Assembly (NCBI GenBank): GCA_963700145.1
Contig: OY969474.1
Coordinates: 672,001-736,000, forward strand
Length of the DNA: 64,000 nucleotides
Direction: 5' to 3'
DNA from: an uncultured Acidobacteriota bacterium
GTDB lineage: Bacteria > Acidobacteriota > Thermoanaerobaculia > Multivoradales > UBA5704
Both the position numbers and the translations under genes were made by a program. The notes beneath the pieces were generated by a model. It did no database searches. It was not told the origin of the DNA and was given only the letters and a program-made list of their open reading frames with translations. Shown piece after piece: positions 50,906-59,980 of this stretch. Numbering within the stretch: the first letter of the stretch is position 1; each line of letters begins with the position of its first letter.

Positions 50906-52059
50906 TCACGGCGAGGGCGCGAGGTCACGGGCCAAGCCAGCCAGCGTCGCGTGCTGCTCGACGAGGAGGCCCCACGCGGCCGTGAGGCCGGTGGCCTGCC
51001 GCCAGAGCGATCCCGGCGGGGTCGAGCAGCAGCGCGTCGGCCGGGCCGAGCCGGGCGACGGCCGCCGCGACGGAAGGGGACGACACCACGCCTGCGGCTC
51101 GACGTAGGCGAGCCAGCCGGCGGCGGGGCTGGCCGTCGGCTCGGCCGGCAGGACATACCCCCAGCCGTCCGTCACCTTGCGCAGAGCCGCTTCGACGCCG
51201 GGGCGCACGATCCAGACCTCGCCGGCGAGCCCGGTCTCGACCGCCGCTTCGACGCGCAGCACGAAGACCCCGTCAACGATCTCGTTCCAGGCGCACAGCG
51301 GCACGCCGTCGGTCTGGCCGCGAACCAGAGTGCCGCCGCCGGTCAGCTCGTAGCCGGGCAGCGGCGGCGGCCGCACCGCCGGGGACAGCCGCATCCGCGC
51401 CAGCTCGGCACGCGTGAAGCGCTCCGCGAGGTCCGCGTCGCGGGCGAGCAGCGCCTGGGCCACGGCGGCGACCGCCGCGTCGGCGCCGCTCGCGGGGAGC
51501 AGCGCCGCCGCAGGGGCAGGGGACCGACTCCTCCCAGCCCAGCCACCACGGCGGCGTGGCCGCCGCACTGCGGGCAGACGGCCGGCATCGTCGCCGCGAT
51601 CCCGAGGACGATCTCCTGGGCCTCGGCGGCGGCGTGCGCCGCCACGCGCTTGTAGAGCCGGTAGGCGAGGACGATCCCCGCCCAGGAACCGAGCGTGCCG
51701 ATCGCTGTCGCCGCGAAGGCGCCGGCGAGCGCGAGCGGGCCGTCGGTGCCGCCGATCGCGAGACAAAAGAGGAGGACCGCGACCGCGACGAGGAAGCTGA
51801 GGATCGGCAGGCCGAGGAAGAGGCCGAGCAGCCACGGCAGCTTGCCGCGGAGGAGAACGGTCGCGACCCGCGCGGTGCCGATGGCCCGGAGCTGCTGGAG
51901 CGCCCGCCGCATGCGGGCGCGGTGGGCCCGCAGCCGCGCCAGCGTGGCGGCATCCGGCCGCTCGGTCGAGCCGCAGTGGGCGCACTCCGCCTCTCGCGGC
52001 GAGCGGGGCGCCCCGCAGGGCCGGCAGCACAGGGCGAAGCTCTCGGGAAGGGGAGCCAT
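50906..52059 (-). pseudogene. Zn-ribbon/two-TM membrane protein with a frameshift near 51500-51545
   Basis: ATG 52059 frame gives CRPCG..CAHCG, two TM and CPQCGG. The plausible continuation (ALLPASG...LCAWNEIVDG) is in a different frame ending at 50906. Confidence 0.55.
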
Positions 52060-52063
52060 CCCC

Positions 52064-53080
52064 TCACTTGCAGACTTGGCGCTGAGTGACGTGTCGGGCC
52101 TGCACCTGGCACACGGCCCGCCCGTCGAAGCCGCAGGCGACACTGGATCCGCGAGGGAAGCAGCGCCACTTCTTCTCGGGGTGGGCGGTCGCGGAGACCA
52201 GTCGATACCCGCCCGCCTTGAAGCCTTCACACACCGTGAGAGCCTCCGCAGGGGCGCGCACGAGAGCGTCGGCGCGTGCCGCCGCTTCGCTGGCGAACGG
52301 ATCGAAGGAGGCGCGCACGACCAGTACCTCAAGGTGCTTTTCGGGCTTCCAGGTTTCCTCGGTCACGATCTCCACCGCCTGGAGCCGCCGCTGCGCCTCC
52401 TCCGCGTAGGCGCCGCGCGGAAAGCTCGTGAGATAGCCTCGCAGGCCCACGCAGTCGCCCGCACGACGGGCCGTCCAGAGGGCCTCCTCGGCCGCGGTCG
52501 GCACGCCGCCCAGGCCGCGCGCCGCACAGACGGCGCGCACGCCGGGCACGCGGCAGAGCTGGGCCTGCAGGCCGGCGACGTCCGCGGCGAAGCCGAGCAG
52601 GGCGAGCGCCACCGCCGCGCCGCTCGACCACCCGGCCAGCAGGCGCGCCCGCCGGGCGGTCGTGATCGGACGCGGCCTCGGCCCGCCGGCGACCAGCGCC
52701 TTGGCCGCCGCGACGAGGTTGCGGAAGCGCCGGTCGCGAGGATTGCCGCGCCAGCCGACGAGGTCGAGCGACTGCACCTCGCCGAAGCCGATAGGCTCGC
52801 TCACCGCGTCAATCCGCACCGGCAGGAGCACCCCCCGCGCCTTCGCCCGGCCGGCCTCGTCGTGCACGAACTCGCCCCGCGGGCTCGTGGAGGAAGCGCT
52901 CCAGACGACGATCACGCAGCGGGCAGCGTCGAGCTGCTCGGCGAGCGCTTGGCGCCAGCTCGCGCCGCCGGGAATGGCGCGATCCCACCAGACGGAGAGG
53001 CCGGCGCTCTCCAGGCCGGCCACGATAGGAGCAACGCGCGCCTCGTCCTCGCGCGTGTAGGAGACGAAGACGTCGCTCAT
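52064..53080 (-). CDS. TIR-domain protein with TM helix and Cys-rich C-terminal domain
   Basis: MSDVFVSYTRED, SVWWD, VIVVWS, FVHDEA (Glu retained). One TM. YLTSFPRGAYAEEA motif and 8 Cys C-terminally. Confidence 0.88.
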   Translation of the reverse strand: MSDVFVSYTREDEARVAPIVAGLESAGLSVWWDRAIPGGASWRQALAEQLDAARCVIVVWSASSTSPRGEFVHDEAGRAKARGVLLPVRIDAVSEPIGFGEVQSLDLVGWRGNPRDRRFRNLVAAAKALVAGGPRPRPITTARRARLLAGWSSGAAVALALLGFAADVAGLQAQLCRVPGVRAVCAARGLGGVPTAAEEALWTARRAGDCVGLRGYLTSFPRGAYAEEAQRRLQAVEIVTEETWKPEKHLEVLVVRASFDPFASEAAARADALVRAPAEALTVCEGFKAGGYRLVSATAHPEKKWRCFPRGSSVACGFDGRAVCQVQARHVTQRQVCK

Positions 53081-55845
53081 CGCTCGTCCCCGGCGTCGTC
53101 GACCCGCTGCTGCAGATCGTCGATCATCCAGGCGTCGCGCTCGGCGAGAAGACCCCGGCGCTGCATGTCGAGAGCGATCTCCAGGGCCTCGCTCCAGTGG
53201 CGCTCGCCGCCCGGCAGGCCCCCGAGCCTCGTGTGGCCCACGATGAGGTCGCGCCGCGCCTCGGCGCTCGTCGGGTTCCCCGCCGCTTGCCGCTCGCGAA
53301 TCGCCAGGCTCTGCTCGAAGCGCGCCCGCGCTCCCGCCAGGTCCCCCGCCGCAACCAGCACATCGCCGAGCCTGAGGTGGCTTACGCTGAGGTTGCGCTG
53401 CGCCTCCGCGCTGGTCGGGTTCGCGTCGGTCAGCCGTTGAGCAATCGCCAAGCCGGCCTCGAAGTGCACGCGGCCCCCAGCCAAATCTCCGGCCGCCACC
53501 AGGACATCGCCCAGCTTGAGGCGGCTCACGCTGAGGTCGCGCTGCGCCGCCGCGCTGGTCGGGTTCGCGTCCGTCAGCCGTTGAGCAATCGCCAAGCCGG
53601 CCTCGAAGCGCACGCGGCCCCCCGCCAAATCTCCGGCCGCCACCAGGACGTCACCCAGCTTGAGGTGGCTCACGCTGAGGTCGCGCTGCGCCGCCGCGCT
53701 AGTCGGGTTCGCCGCCGCCAGCCGTTGAGCGATCGCCAAGCCGGCCTCGAAGCGCGCCCGGCTCCCCGCTAAGTCTCCAGCCGCCACCAGGACGTCGCCC
53801 AGCTTGAGGTGGCTCACGCTGAGGTTGCGCTGCGCCTCCGCGCTGGTCGGGTCCGCGTCGGTCAGCCGTTGAGCGATCGCCAAGCTGGCCTCGAAGAGCG
53901 CCCGGCCCCCCGCCAAATCTCCAGCCGCCACCAGGACGTCGCCCAGCCTGATGTGGCTCACGCTGAGGTCGTGTTGCGCCGCCGCACTCGCTGGGTTCGA
54001 CGCGGCCAACCGCTCGGCGATCGCCAGGTCGGCCTCGAAGCGCGCCCGCGCCCCCGCCAGGTCCCCCGCCGCCACCAGCACTTCGCCGAGCCTGTTCAGG
54101 ATCACGCCGAGGTCGCGCTGCGCCTCCGCGCTCGCCGGGTTCGCCGCGGCCAACCGCTCGGCGATGGCCAAGCCGGCCTCGATGCGTCCTCGCGCTCCCG
54201 CGAGATCTCCCGCCGCCACCAGCACCTCGCCGAGCTTGTTCAGGCTAACGCTGAGGTCGCGCTGCGCCGCCGCACTCGCCGGGTTCGCCGCCGCCAGCCG
54301 CTCGCGAATCACCAGGCTGGCCTCGAAGCGCTCCCGCGCCCCCGCCAGGTCTCCGCCCGCCACCAGCAGATCGCCCAGTCTTTCGAGGCTAACACTGAGG
54401 TCGCGCTGTGCCTCCGCACTCGTCGGGTTGGGCGCCGCTAGCCGCTCGCGAATCGCCAGCATGGCCTCGAAGCGCTGCCGCGCTCCTGCGAGGTCTCCCG
54501 CCGCCACCAGCACACCGCCGAGCTTGTCCAGGCTGACGCTGAGGTCGCGTTGCGCTTCTGCGCTGGTCGGGTTCGCCGTCGCCAGTCGCTGGGCAATCGC
54601 CAGACCGGCCTCGATGCGTGCTCGTGCTCCCGTGAGATCTCCCGCCGCCACCAGCACCTCGCCGACCTTTTTCAGGAGCACGCTGAGGTCGCGCTGCGCC
54701 TCCGCGCTCGCCGGGTTCGCCGCGGCCAACCGCTCGGCGAGCGCCAAGCCGGCCTCGAAGCGCGCCCGCGCTCCCGCGAGATCTCCCGCCGCCACCAGCA
54801 CCTCGCCGAGCTTATTCAGGCTAACGCTGAGGTCGCGCTGCGCCTCCGCGCTCGCCGGGTTCGCCGCCGCCAGCCGCTCGCGAATCACCAGAATGGCCTC
54901 GAAGCGCTCCCGCGCCCCGGCCAGATCACCCGCTGCCACCAGTAGAATGCCCATGCTCTCAAGGCCCACGCTGAGGTCGCGCTGCGATTCGGCGCTAGTC
55001 GGGCTCGCCGCCGCCAGCCGTTCGCGAGTCGCCAGGCTGGCCTCGAAGTGCTCCCGTGCCCCCGCCAGGTTCCCCGCCGCAACCAGCACCTCGCCGAGCG
55101 AGGTCTCCGCGGCGCTCCGGTCGCGGTCATTCGGGGCACGCGCCAGGGCTTCCTCGGCGGCGCCCTTCGCATCTGCCAGCCGGCCCGCCTCCTGGTAGAG
55201 GCGCCGCAGCTCCATCCAGCCCCAGGCATCCTCGGGATCGAGCGCCTGCACCCGCTCGTAGATCGGGATCACCTCGGCCGTCCCCATCTCGCCCCGGTCC
55301 TTGCGGTCCAGCGCCAATGCGGCGATCTCCCGCCAGCCGGCGGCGACGGCTTTCGTTTCGGCCTGCTGGATGGCGACGAGAGCTTCGAAGCCTCCCGCGC
55401 GGTCCCCCTCGGAGTAGCGCTCCAGGGCGGCGCGTTTGCGCGGGTCGGGCGAGTTGGCGATCGAGGCGACCTGCTGGCGGTACTCCGCGATCTCGGCCGC
55501 GAACTGCCGGTCGCGGGCGGCGATCTCTGAGACCAGCCGCTCGCGCTCCGCGGTGACCTCGGTGAGCTGCTTCTGCGCAGCCGCGTTGGTGCGGCTCTCG
55601 GCGCGTAGCCGGCGGTCCTTCGCCGCCAGGTCGGCGAGCAGCCGCTCCTCGCGCTCGTCGGCGATGCGCTGCACTGCGGCGATCGCCGCGGCGCGGTCCA
55701 ACACCAGGCGCTGGACGAGTGCCCGCGTCTCGGCGGTCAGGTCCGCCTGCGGCGCTCCGGCCTGGGCCGACGCAGCGATAGCGCCCAACAGAACCAAGCT
55801 GCAGGCGAGGGTCGAAGCCCGCATCTTAGCGATGCCGTCGGTCAT
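53077..55845 (-). CDS. Secreted TPR-like repeat protein, 13 x 48-aa repeats
   Basis: Signal peptide (AASAQA), coiled-coil N-domain, repeat LGxVLVAAGDLAGARxRFExxLAIxxRLAAANPxSAxAQRDLSVS. Start approximate. Confidence 0.85.
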   Translation of the reverse strand: MTDGIAKMRASTLACSLVLLGAIAASAQAGAPQADLTAETRALVQRLVLDRAAAIAAVQRIADEREERLLADLAAKDRRLRAESRTNAAAQKQLTEVTAERERLVSEIAARDRQFAAEIAEYRQQVASIANSPDPRKRAALERYSEGDRAGGFEALVAIQQAETKAVAAGWREIAALALDRKDRGEMGTAEVIPIYERVQALDPEDAWGWMELRRLYQEAGRLADAKGAAEEALARAPNDRDRSAAETSLGEVLVAAGNLAGAREHFEASLATRERLAAASPTSAESQRDLSVGLESMGILLVAAGDLAGARERFEAILVIRERLAAANPASAEAQRDLSVSLNKLGEVLVAAGDLAGARARFEAGLALAERLAAANPASAEAQRDLSVLLKKVGEVLVAAGDLTGARARIEAGLAIAQRLATANPTSAEAQRDLSVSLDKLGGVLVAAGDLAGARQRFEAMLAIRERLAAPNPTSAEAQRDLSVSLERLGDLLVAGGDLAGARERFEASLVIRERLAAANPASAAAQRDLSVSLNKLGEVLVAAGDLAGARGRIEAGLAIAERLAAANPASAEAQRDLGVILNRLGEVLVAAGDLAGARARFEADLAIAERLAASNPASAAAQHDLSVSHIRLGDVLVAAGDLAGGRALFEASLAIAQRLTDADPTSAEAQRNLSVSHLKLGDVLVAAGDLAGSRARFEAGLAIAQRLAAANPTSAAAQRDLSVSHLKLGDVLVAAGDLAGGRVRFEAGLAIAQRLTDANPTSAAAQRDLSVSRLKLGDVLVAAGDLAGGRVHFEAGLAIAQRLTDANPTSAEAQRNLSVSHLRLGDVLVAAGDLAGARARFEQSLAIRERQAAGNPTSAEARRDLIVGHTRLGGLPGGERHWSEALEIALDMQRRGLLAERDAWMIDDLQQRVDDAGDER

Positions 55846-58318
55846 CGCCCTCCTCGGCGGCGGCGGTCCGCCGCCGTAGTTCGTCGACCATCCAAGCGTC
55901 GGTCGGGGCAAGAAGACCTCGGCGTTGCAGATCGAGGGCAATCTCCAACGCCAGGCTCCAATGGTGCTTACCGTCCGGCAGGTCACCGAGCTTCGCGTAA
56001 CTGATGAGGAGATGGCGCTGCGCCACTGCGCTCGTGGGGTTTTCCTCGACCAACCGTTGAGCGATTGCTAGGCTGGCCTCGAAACGTGCTCGCGCTGCGG
56101 CGAAATCTGTCGCCGCCAGCAGCATGTCTCCGAGTTTGTTCAGGCTGACGCTGAGGTCACGCTGTGCCGCCGCACTCGTCGGGTTCGCTGAGGCCAGTCG
56201 CTCACGGATTACCAGGCTCTGCTCGAAGCGTGTTCCAGCAGCTGAAAGATCCCCGGCCGCTAACAGCACGTCGCCGAGCCATTCTAGGCTGATGCTGAGG
56301 TCGCGCTGCGCCTCGGCACTAGTGGGGTTCGTCGCGGCCAGCCGCGCACGAATCGCTAAGCTCTGCTCGTGGCGCGCCCGCGCACTCGAAAGATCACCCG
56401 CCACCAGCAGCACGTTACCGAGCCACTCCAGGCTGACGCTAAGGTCGCGCTGCGCCTCGCTACTCGTGGGGTTCGCCGTGGCCAACTGCTCCCCAATCGC
56501 CAGGCTCTGCTCGAAGCGCGCCCGTGCACCCGAAAGATCGCCGGCCGCCACCAGCACTTCGCCAAGCCGCTCCAAACTGATGCCGAGATCCCGTCGCGCC
56601 GCCGCACTCATCGGGTTCGCTCCGGCCAACCGCTCATGAATCGCCAGGCTCTGCTCGAGGCGCACCCGCGCCCCCGAAAGATCTCCGGCCTCCACCAGCA
56701 CCTCGCCAAGCTTAGTGAAGCTGATGCTGAGGTCGCGCTTCGCCTCGGCGCTCGTCGGGTTCTCCGCAACCAGCCGCTCATGAATCACCAGGCTCTGCTC
56801 GAAGAGCTGCCGCGCCCTTGAAAGATCGCCGGCTGCCACCAGCACTTCGCCCAGCTTGGTGAGGCTGACGCTAAGGCCGCGCTTCGCCTCGGCGCTCGTT
56901 AGGTTCGCCGCGGTCAGCCGTTCATCAATTTCTAGGCTCTGCTCGAAGCGCGCCCGCGCTCCCGCAAGATCCCCGGCCGCCACCAGCACTTCGCCCAGCT
57001 TGGTTAAGCTGACGCTGAGGTCGCGCTGAGCCGCTGCGCTCGTCGGGTTGTCCGCGGCCAGCCGTTGACGAATCCCGAAGCTCAGTTCGAATCGCGCCCG
57101 CGCCCCCGAGAGATCCCCGATCGCGATCAGCGCCTCGCCGACCCGCTCCAGGCTGACGCTGAGGTCGTGCCGCGCCGCCGCGTTCGAGGGGTTGGCTGCA
57201 GCCAGCCGCTCTCGAATCGCCAGACCCTGCTCGAAGCGGGCCCGCGCCCCCGAGAGATCACCCGTCGCCACCAGCACGCCGCCGAGCCGCTCCAGACTGA
57301 TGCTGAGATCGCGCTGCGCCACGGCGCTTGGGTTCTCCGCAGCCAGCCGCTCATGAATCACCAAGCTCTGCTCGAAGAGCTGTCGCGCCCTTGAAAGATC
57401 CCCCGTCGCCACTAGTACTTCGCCGAGCCGCGACAGACTGATGCTGAGGTCGCGTCGCGCCTTGGCGCTCGTCGGGTTCGTCGCAGCCAACCGCTCCCGA
57501 ATCGCCAGGCTCTGCTCGAAGCGCGCCCGTGCCCCAGCCAGATCTCCCATCGCTACCAGCACGTCGCCGAGCTCGTTCTCGGCGATGCTCCGCCCGCGAT
57601 CGTCCACGGCGCGCGCCAACGCTTCTTCCGCAGCGCGCTTCGCATCCTCCAGCCGGCCCGCCTCTTGGTAGAGGCGCCGCAGCCAGATCCAGCCCCAAGC
57701 GTCTTCGGGATCCACCCCCTGCGCTCGCTCGTAGATCGGGATCACCTCGGCGGTCCCCATCTCGCCACGGTCCTTGCGGTCCAATGCCAACGCGGCGATC
57801 TCCCGCCAGCCGGCGGCGACGGCCTTCGTCTCGGCCTGCTGGATGGCGACCAGCGCCTCGAACCCGCCCGCGCGGTCCCCCTCGGCATACCGCTCGAGTG
57901 CAGCGCGTTTGCGCGGGTCGGGCGAGTCGGCGATCGAGGCGACCTGCTTGCGGTACTCCGCGATCTCGGCCGCGAACTGCCGGTCGCGGGCGGCGATCTC
58001 GCCGACCAGCCGCTCGCGCTCGGCGGTGACCTCGGCAAGCTCCTTCCGCGCGGCCGTGCTGCTATGGCCTTCGACGCGCAATCGGCGGTCCTTCGCCGCC
58101 AAGTCGGCGAGCAGCCGCTCCTCACGCTCGTCGGCGATGCGCTGCACGGCGGCGATCGCCGCGGCCCGGTCGAGCACCAGGCGCTGGACCAGCACCCGAG
58201 TCTCGGCCGTGAGGTCCACCTGCGCCGTTCGGGTCTGGGCCGACGCAGCGAGGGGGCAGCAGAGCGTCAGGCTGGCGGCGAGGAACGAAGCCCGCAGCTT
58301 GCCGATTCCTTCAGCCAT
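55826..58318 (-). CDS. Secreted TPR-like repeat protein, 11 x 48-aa repeats
   Basis: Same N-domain and C-cap as neighbours. Overlapping start/stop. Confidence 0.85.
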   Translation of the reverse strand: MAEGIGKLRASFLAASLTLCCPLAASAQTRTAQVDLTAETRVLVQRLVLDRAAAIAAVQRIADEREERLLADLAAKDRRLRVEGHSSTAARKELAEVTAERERLVGEIAARDRQFAAEIAEYRKQVASIADSPDPRKRAALERYAEGDRAGGFEALVAIQQAETKAVAAGWREIAALALDRKDRGEMGTAEVIPIYERAQGVDPEDAWGWIWLRRLYQEAGRLEDAKRAAEEALARAVDDRGRSIAENELGDVLVAMGDLAGARARFEQSLAIRERLAATNPTSAKARRDLSISLSRLGEVLVATGDLSRARQLFEQSLVIHERLAAENPSAVAQRDLSISLERLGGVLVATGDLSGARARFEQGLAIRERLAAANPSNAAARHDLSVSLERVGEALIAIGDLSGARARFELSFGIRQRLAADNPTSAAAQRDLSVSLTKLGEVLVAAGDLAGARARFEQSLEIDERLTAANLTSAEAKRGLSVSLTKLGEVLVAAGDLSRARQLFEQSLVIHERLVAENPTSAEAKRDLSISFTKLGEVLVEAGDLSGARVRLEQSLAIHERLAGANPMSAAARRDLGISLERLGEVLVAAGDLSGARARFEQSLAIGEQLATANPTSSEAQRDLSVSLEWLGNVLLVAGDLSSARARHEQSLAIRARLAATNPTSAEAQRDLSISLEWLGDVLLAAGDLSAAGTRFEQSLVIRERLASANPTSAAAQRDLSVSLNKLGDMLLAATDFAAARARFEASLAIAQRLVEENPTSAVAQRHLLISYAKLGDLPDGKHHWSLALEIALDLQRRGLLAPTDAWMVDELRRRTAAAEEGDDRRHR

Positions 58319-59909
58319 CACCGCCCTCGCTGGTTGTGATCCGCTGCCGCAGATCCTCGATCATCCAAGCGTCGCGAGGAGCGAGAAGACCCCTTTGCTG
58401 CAGATCGAGGGCGATCTCCAAGGCCTTACTCAGGTGGGGCGCGCCGCCTGGCAGGGCGCCGAGCCTGCTGTGGCCCACGAGGAGGTCGCGCTGCACTCCA
58501 GCGTTCGTAGGGCTCGCCGCAATCAACCGCTGGGCGATCGCCAGGCCGGCCGCAAAGCGCGCCCCCGCCCCCGCGAGGTCGCCGGTCGCCATCAACACGT
58601 CGCCCAGCTTGGTGAGACTGGCGGTGAGGTCGCGCTGCGCCTCCGCACTCGTCTTGTTCATCGCGGCCCGGCACTCGTCAATCGCCAAGCTCTGCTCGAA
58701 GGGCGCCCGCGCCCCAGCCGGATCCCCGGCCGCCACCAACACGTCGCCCAGGTTGGTGAGGCTGATACTGAGGTCGCGTTGCGCCTGCGCGCTCGTCGGG
58801 TGCGCCTTGACCAGTCGCTCACGAATCGCCAGGCTCTGCTCGAAGCGAGCCTGCGCTTCCGGAAGCTCCCCGGCCGCCAGCAGCACGTCGCCCAGCCGAT
58901 TGAGGCTGATACTGAAGTCGCGTTGCGCCTGGGCGCTGGTCGAGTTGGCGTCGGCCAGCCGCTCCCGGATCGCCAGGCTCTTTTCGAAAAGTATCCGCGC
59001 TCCTGGCAGATCCCTCGCCGCCTCCAGCACGTCGCCCAGTCGGTACAGACTGACGCTGAGGTCGCGCTGCGCCTGGGCGCTCGTCGGGTTCGCCGCGGCC
59101 AGCCGCTGATCGATCGCCAGCCCCTGCGCGAACCGCTTCTGCGCCCCGGCCAGATCCCCCGTCGCGAGAAGCAAGTCGCCGAGCTCGGTCTCCGCGACGC
59201 TCCGGGAGCGGTCATCCACAGCCAGCGCCAGCGTTTTCTCCGCGGCGCGCCTCGCGTCCGACAGCCGGCCCGCTTTCTGGTAGAGACGTTGCAGATCGAT
59301 CCAAACCCAGAGGTGGTCGGGATCGAGCGACTGCGCCTTCTCGTAGTACGGAATCACTTGGGCCGTATCCATCTCGCCGCGGTCCATGCGGTCCAGCGCG
59401 AGCGCGGCGAGTTCCCGCCAGCCTGCGGCGTGAGCCTTGGTCTCGGCCTGCAAGATGGCCTCGAGCTCCTCGAACCCCACGGCACGGTCGCCCTCGGCAT
59501 AGCGCTCCAGGGCAGCGCGCTTGCGCGGGTCGGGCGAGTTGGCTATCGACGCGACCTGTTTTCGATATTCGGCGATCTCGGCCGCGAGCTGCCGGTCGCG
59601 GCCGGCGATCGCCAAGACGAGGCGCTCGCGCTCCGCGGTGACCGTCGCGAGCTCCTTCCGCACGGCGGTGCTCGTGCTGCGTTCGCGACGGAGCTGGTGG
59701 TCCTTCGCCTCCAACTCGGCAAAGAGCCGCTGCTCGCGCTCGTCGGCAAGCACCTTCACCGCCTTGACCGCGGCGGCGCTGTCGGCCACGAGGCGCTGCA
59801 CCAGCAACCGCCTCTCCGCCGCCAAGTCTGCCTGCACCGTTCCGGCCTGGGCCGGCGCAACGAGAGCGCAGCCCAGGGCCAGACTGGAGGCGAGGATCTC
59901 GGCCCGCAC
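58311..59909 (-). CDS. Secreted TPR-like repeat protein, 5 x 48-aa repeats
   Basis: GTG at 59909 after GGGAGG, signal peptide (APAQA), same architecture. Confidence 0.83.
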   Translation of the reverse strand: MRAEILASSLALGCALVAPAQAGTVQADLAAERRLLVQRLVADSAAAVKAVKVLADEREQRLFAELEAKDHQLRRERSTSTAVRKELATVTAERERLVLAIAGRDRQLAAEIAEYRKQVASIANSPDPRKRAALERYAEGDRAVGFEELEAILQAETKAHAAGWRELAALALDRMDRGEMDTAQVIPYYEKAQSLDPDHLWVWIDLQRLYQKAGRLSDARRAAEKTLALAVDDRSRSVAETELGDLLLATGDLAGAQKRFAQGLAIDQRLAAANPTSAQAQRDLSVSLYRLGDVLEAARDLPGARILFEKSLAIRERLADANSTSAQAQRDFSISLNRLGDVLLAAGELPEAQARFEQSLAIRERLVKAHPTSAQAQRDLSISLTNLGDVLVAAGDPAGARAPFEQSLAIDECRAAMNKTSAEAQRDLTASLTKLGDVLMATGDLAGAGARFAAGLAIAQRLIAASPTNAGVQRDLLVGHSRLGALPGGAPHLSKALEIALDLQQRGLLAPRDAWMIEDLRQRITTSEGGDG

Positions 59910-59980
59910 TTTTCCTCCCGGGGTTCTTGCTCCGATTCTACGGGAATGAAGCAAGGGCCGTTGTGGCATCCTGAGCCGGC

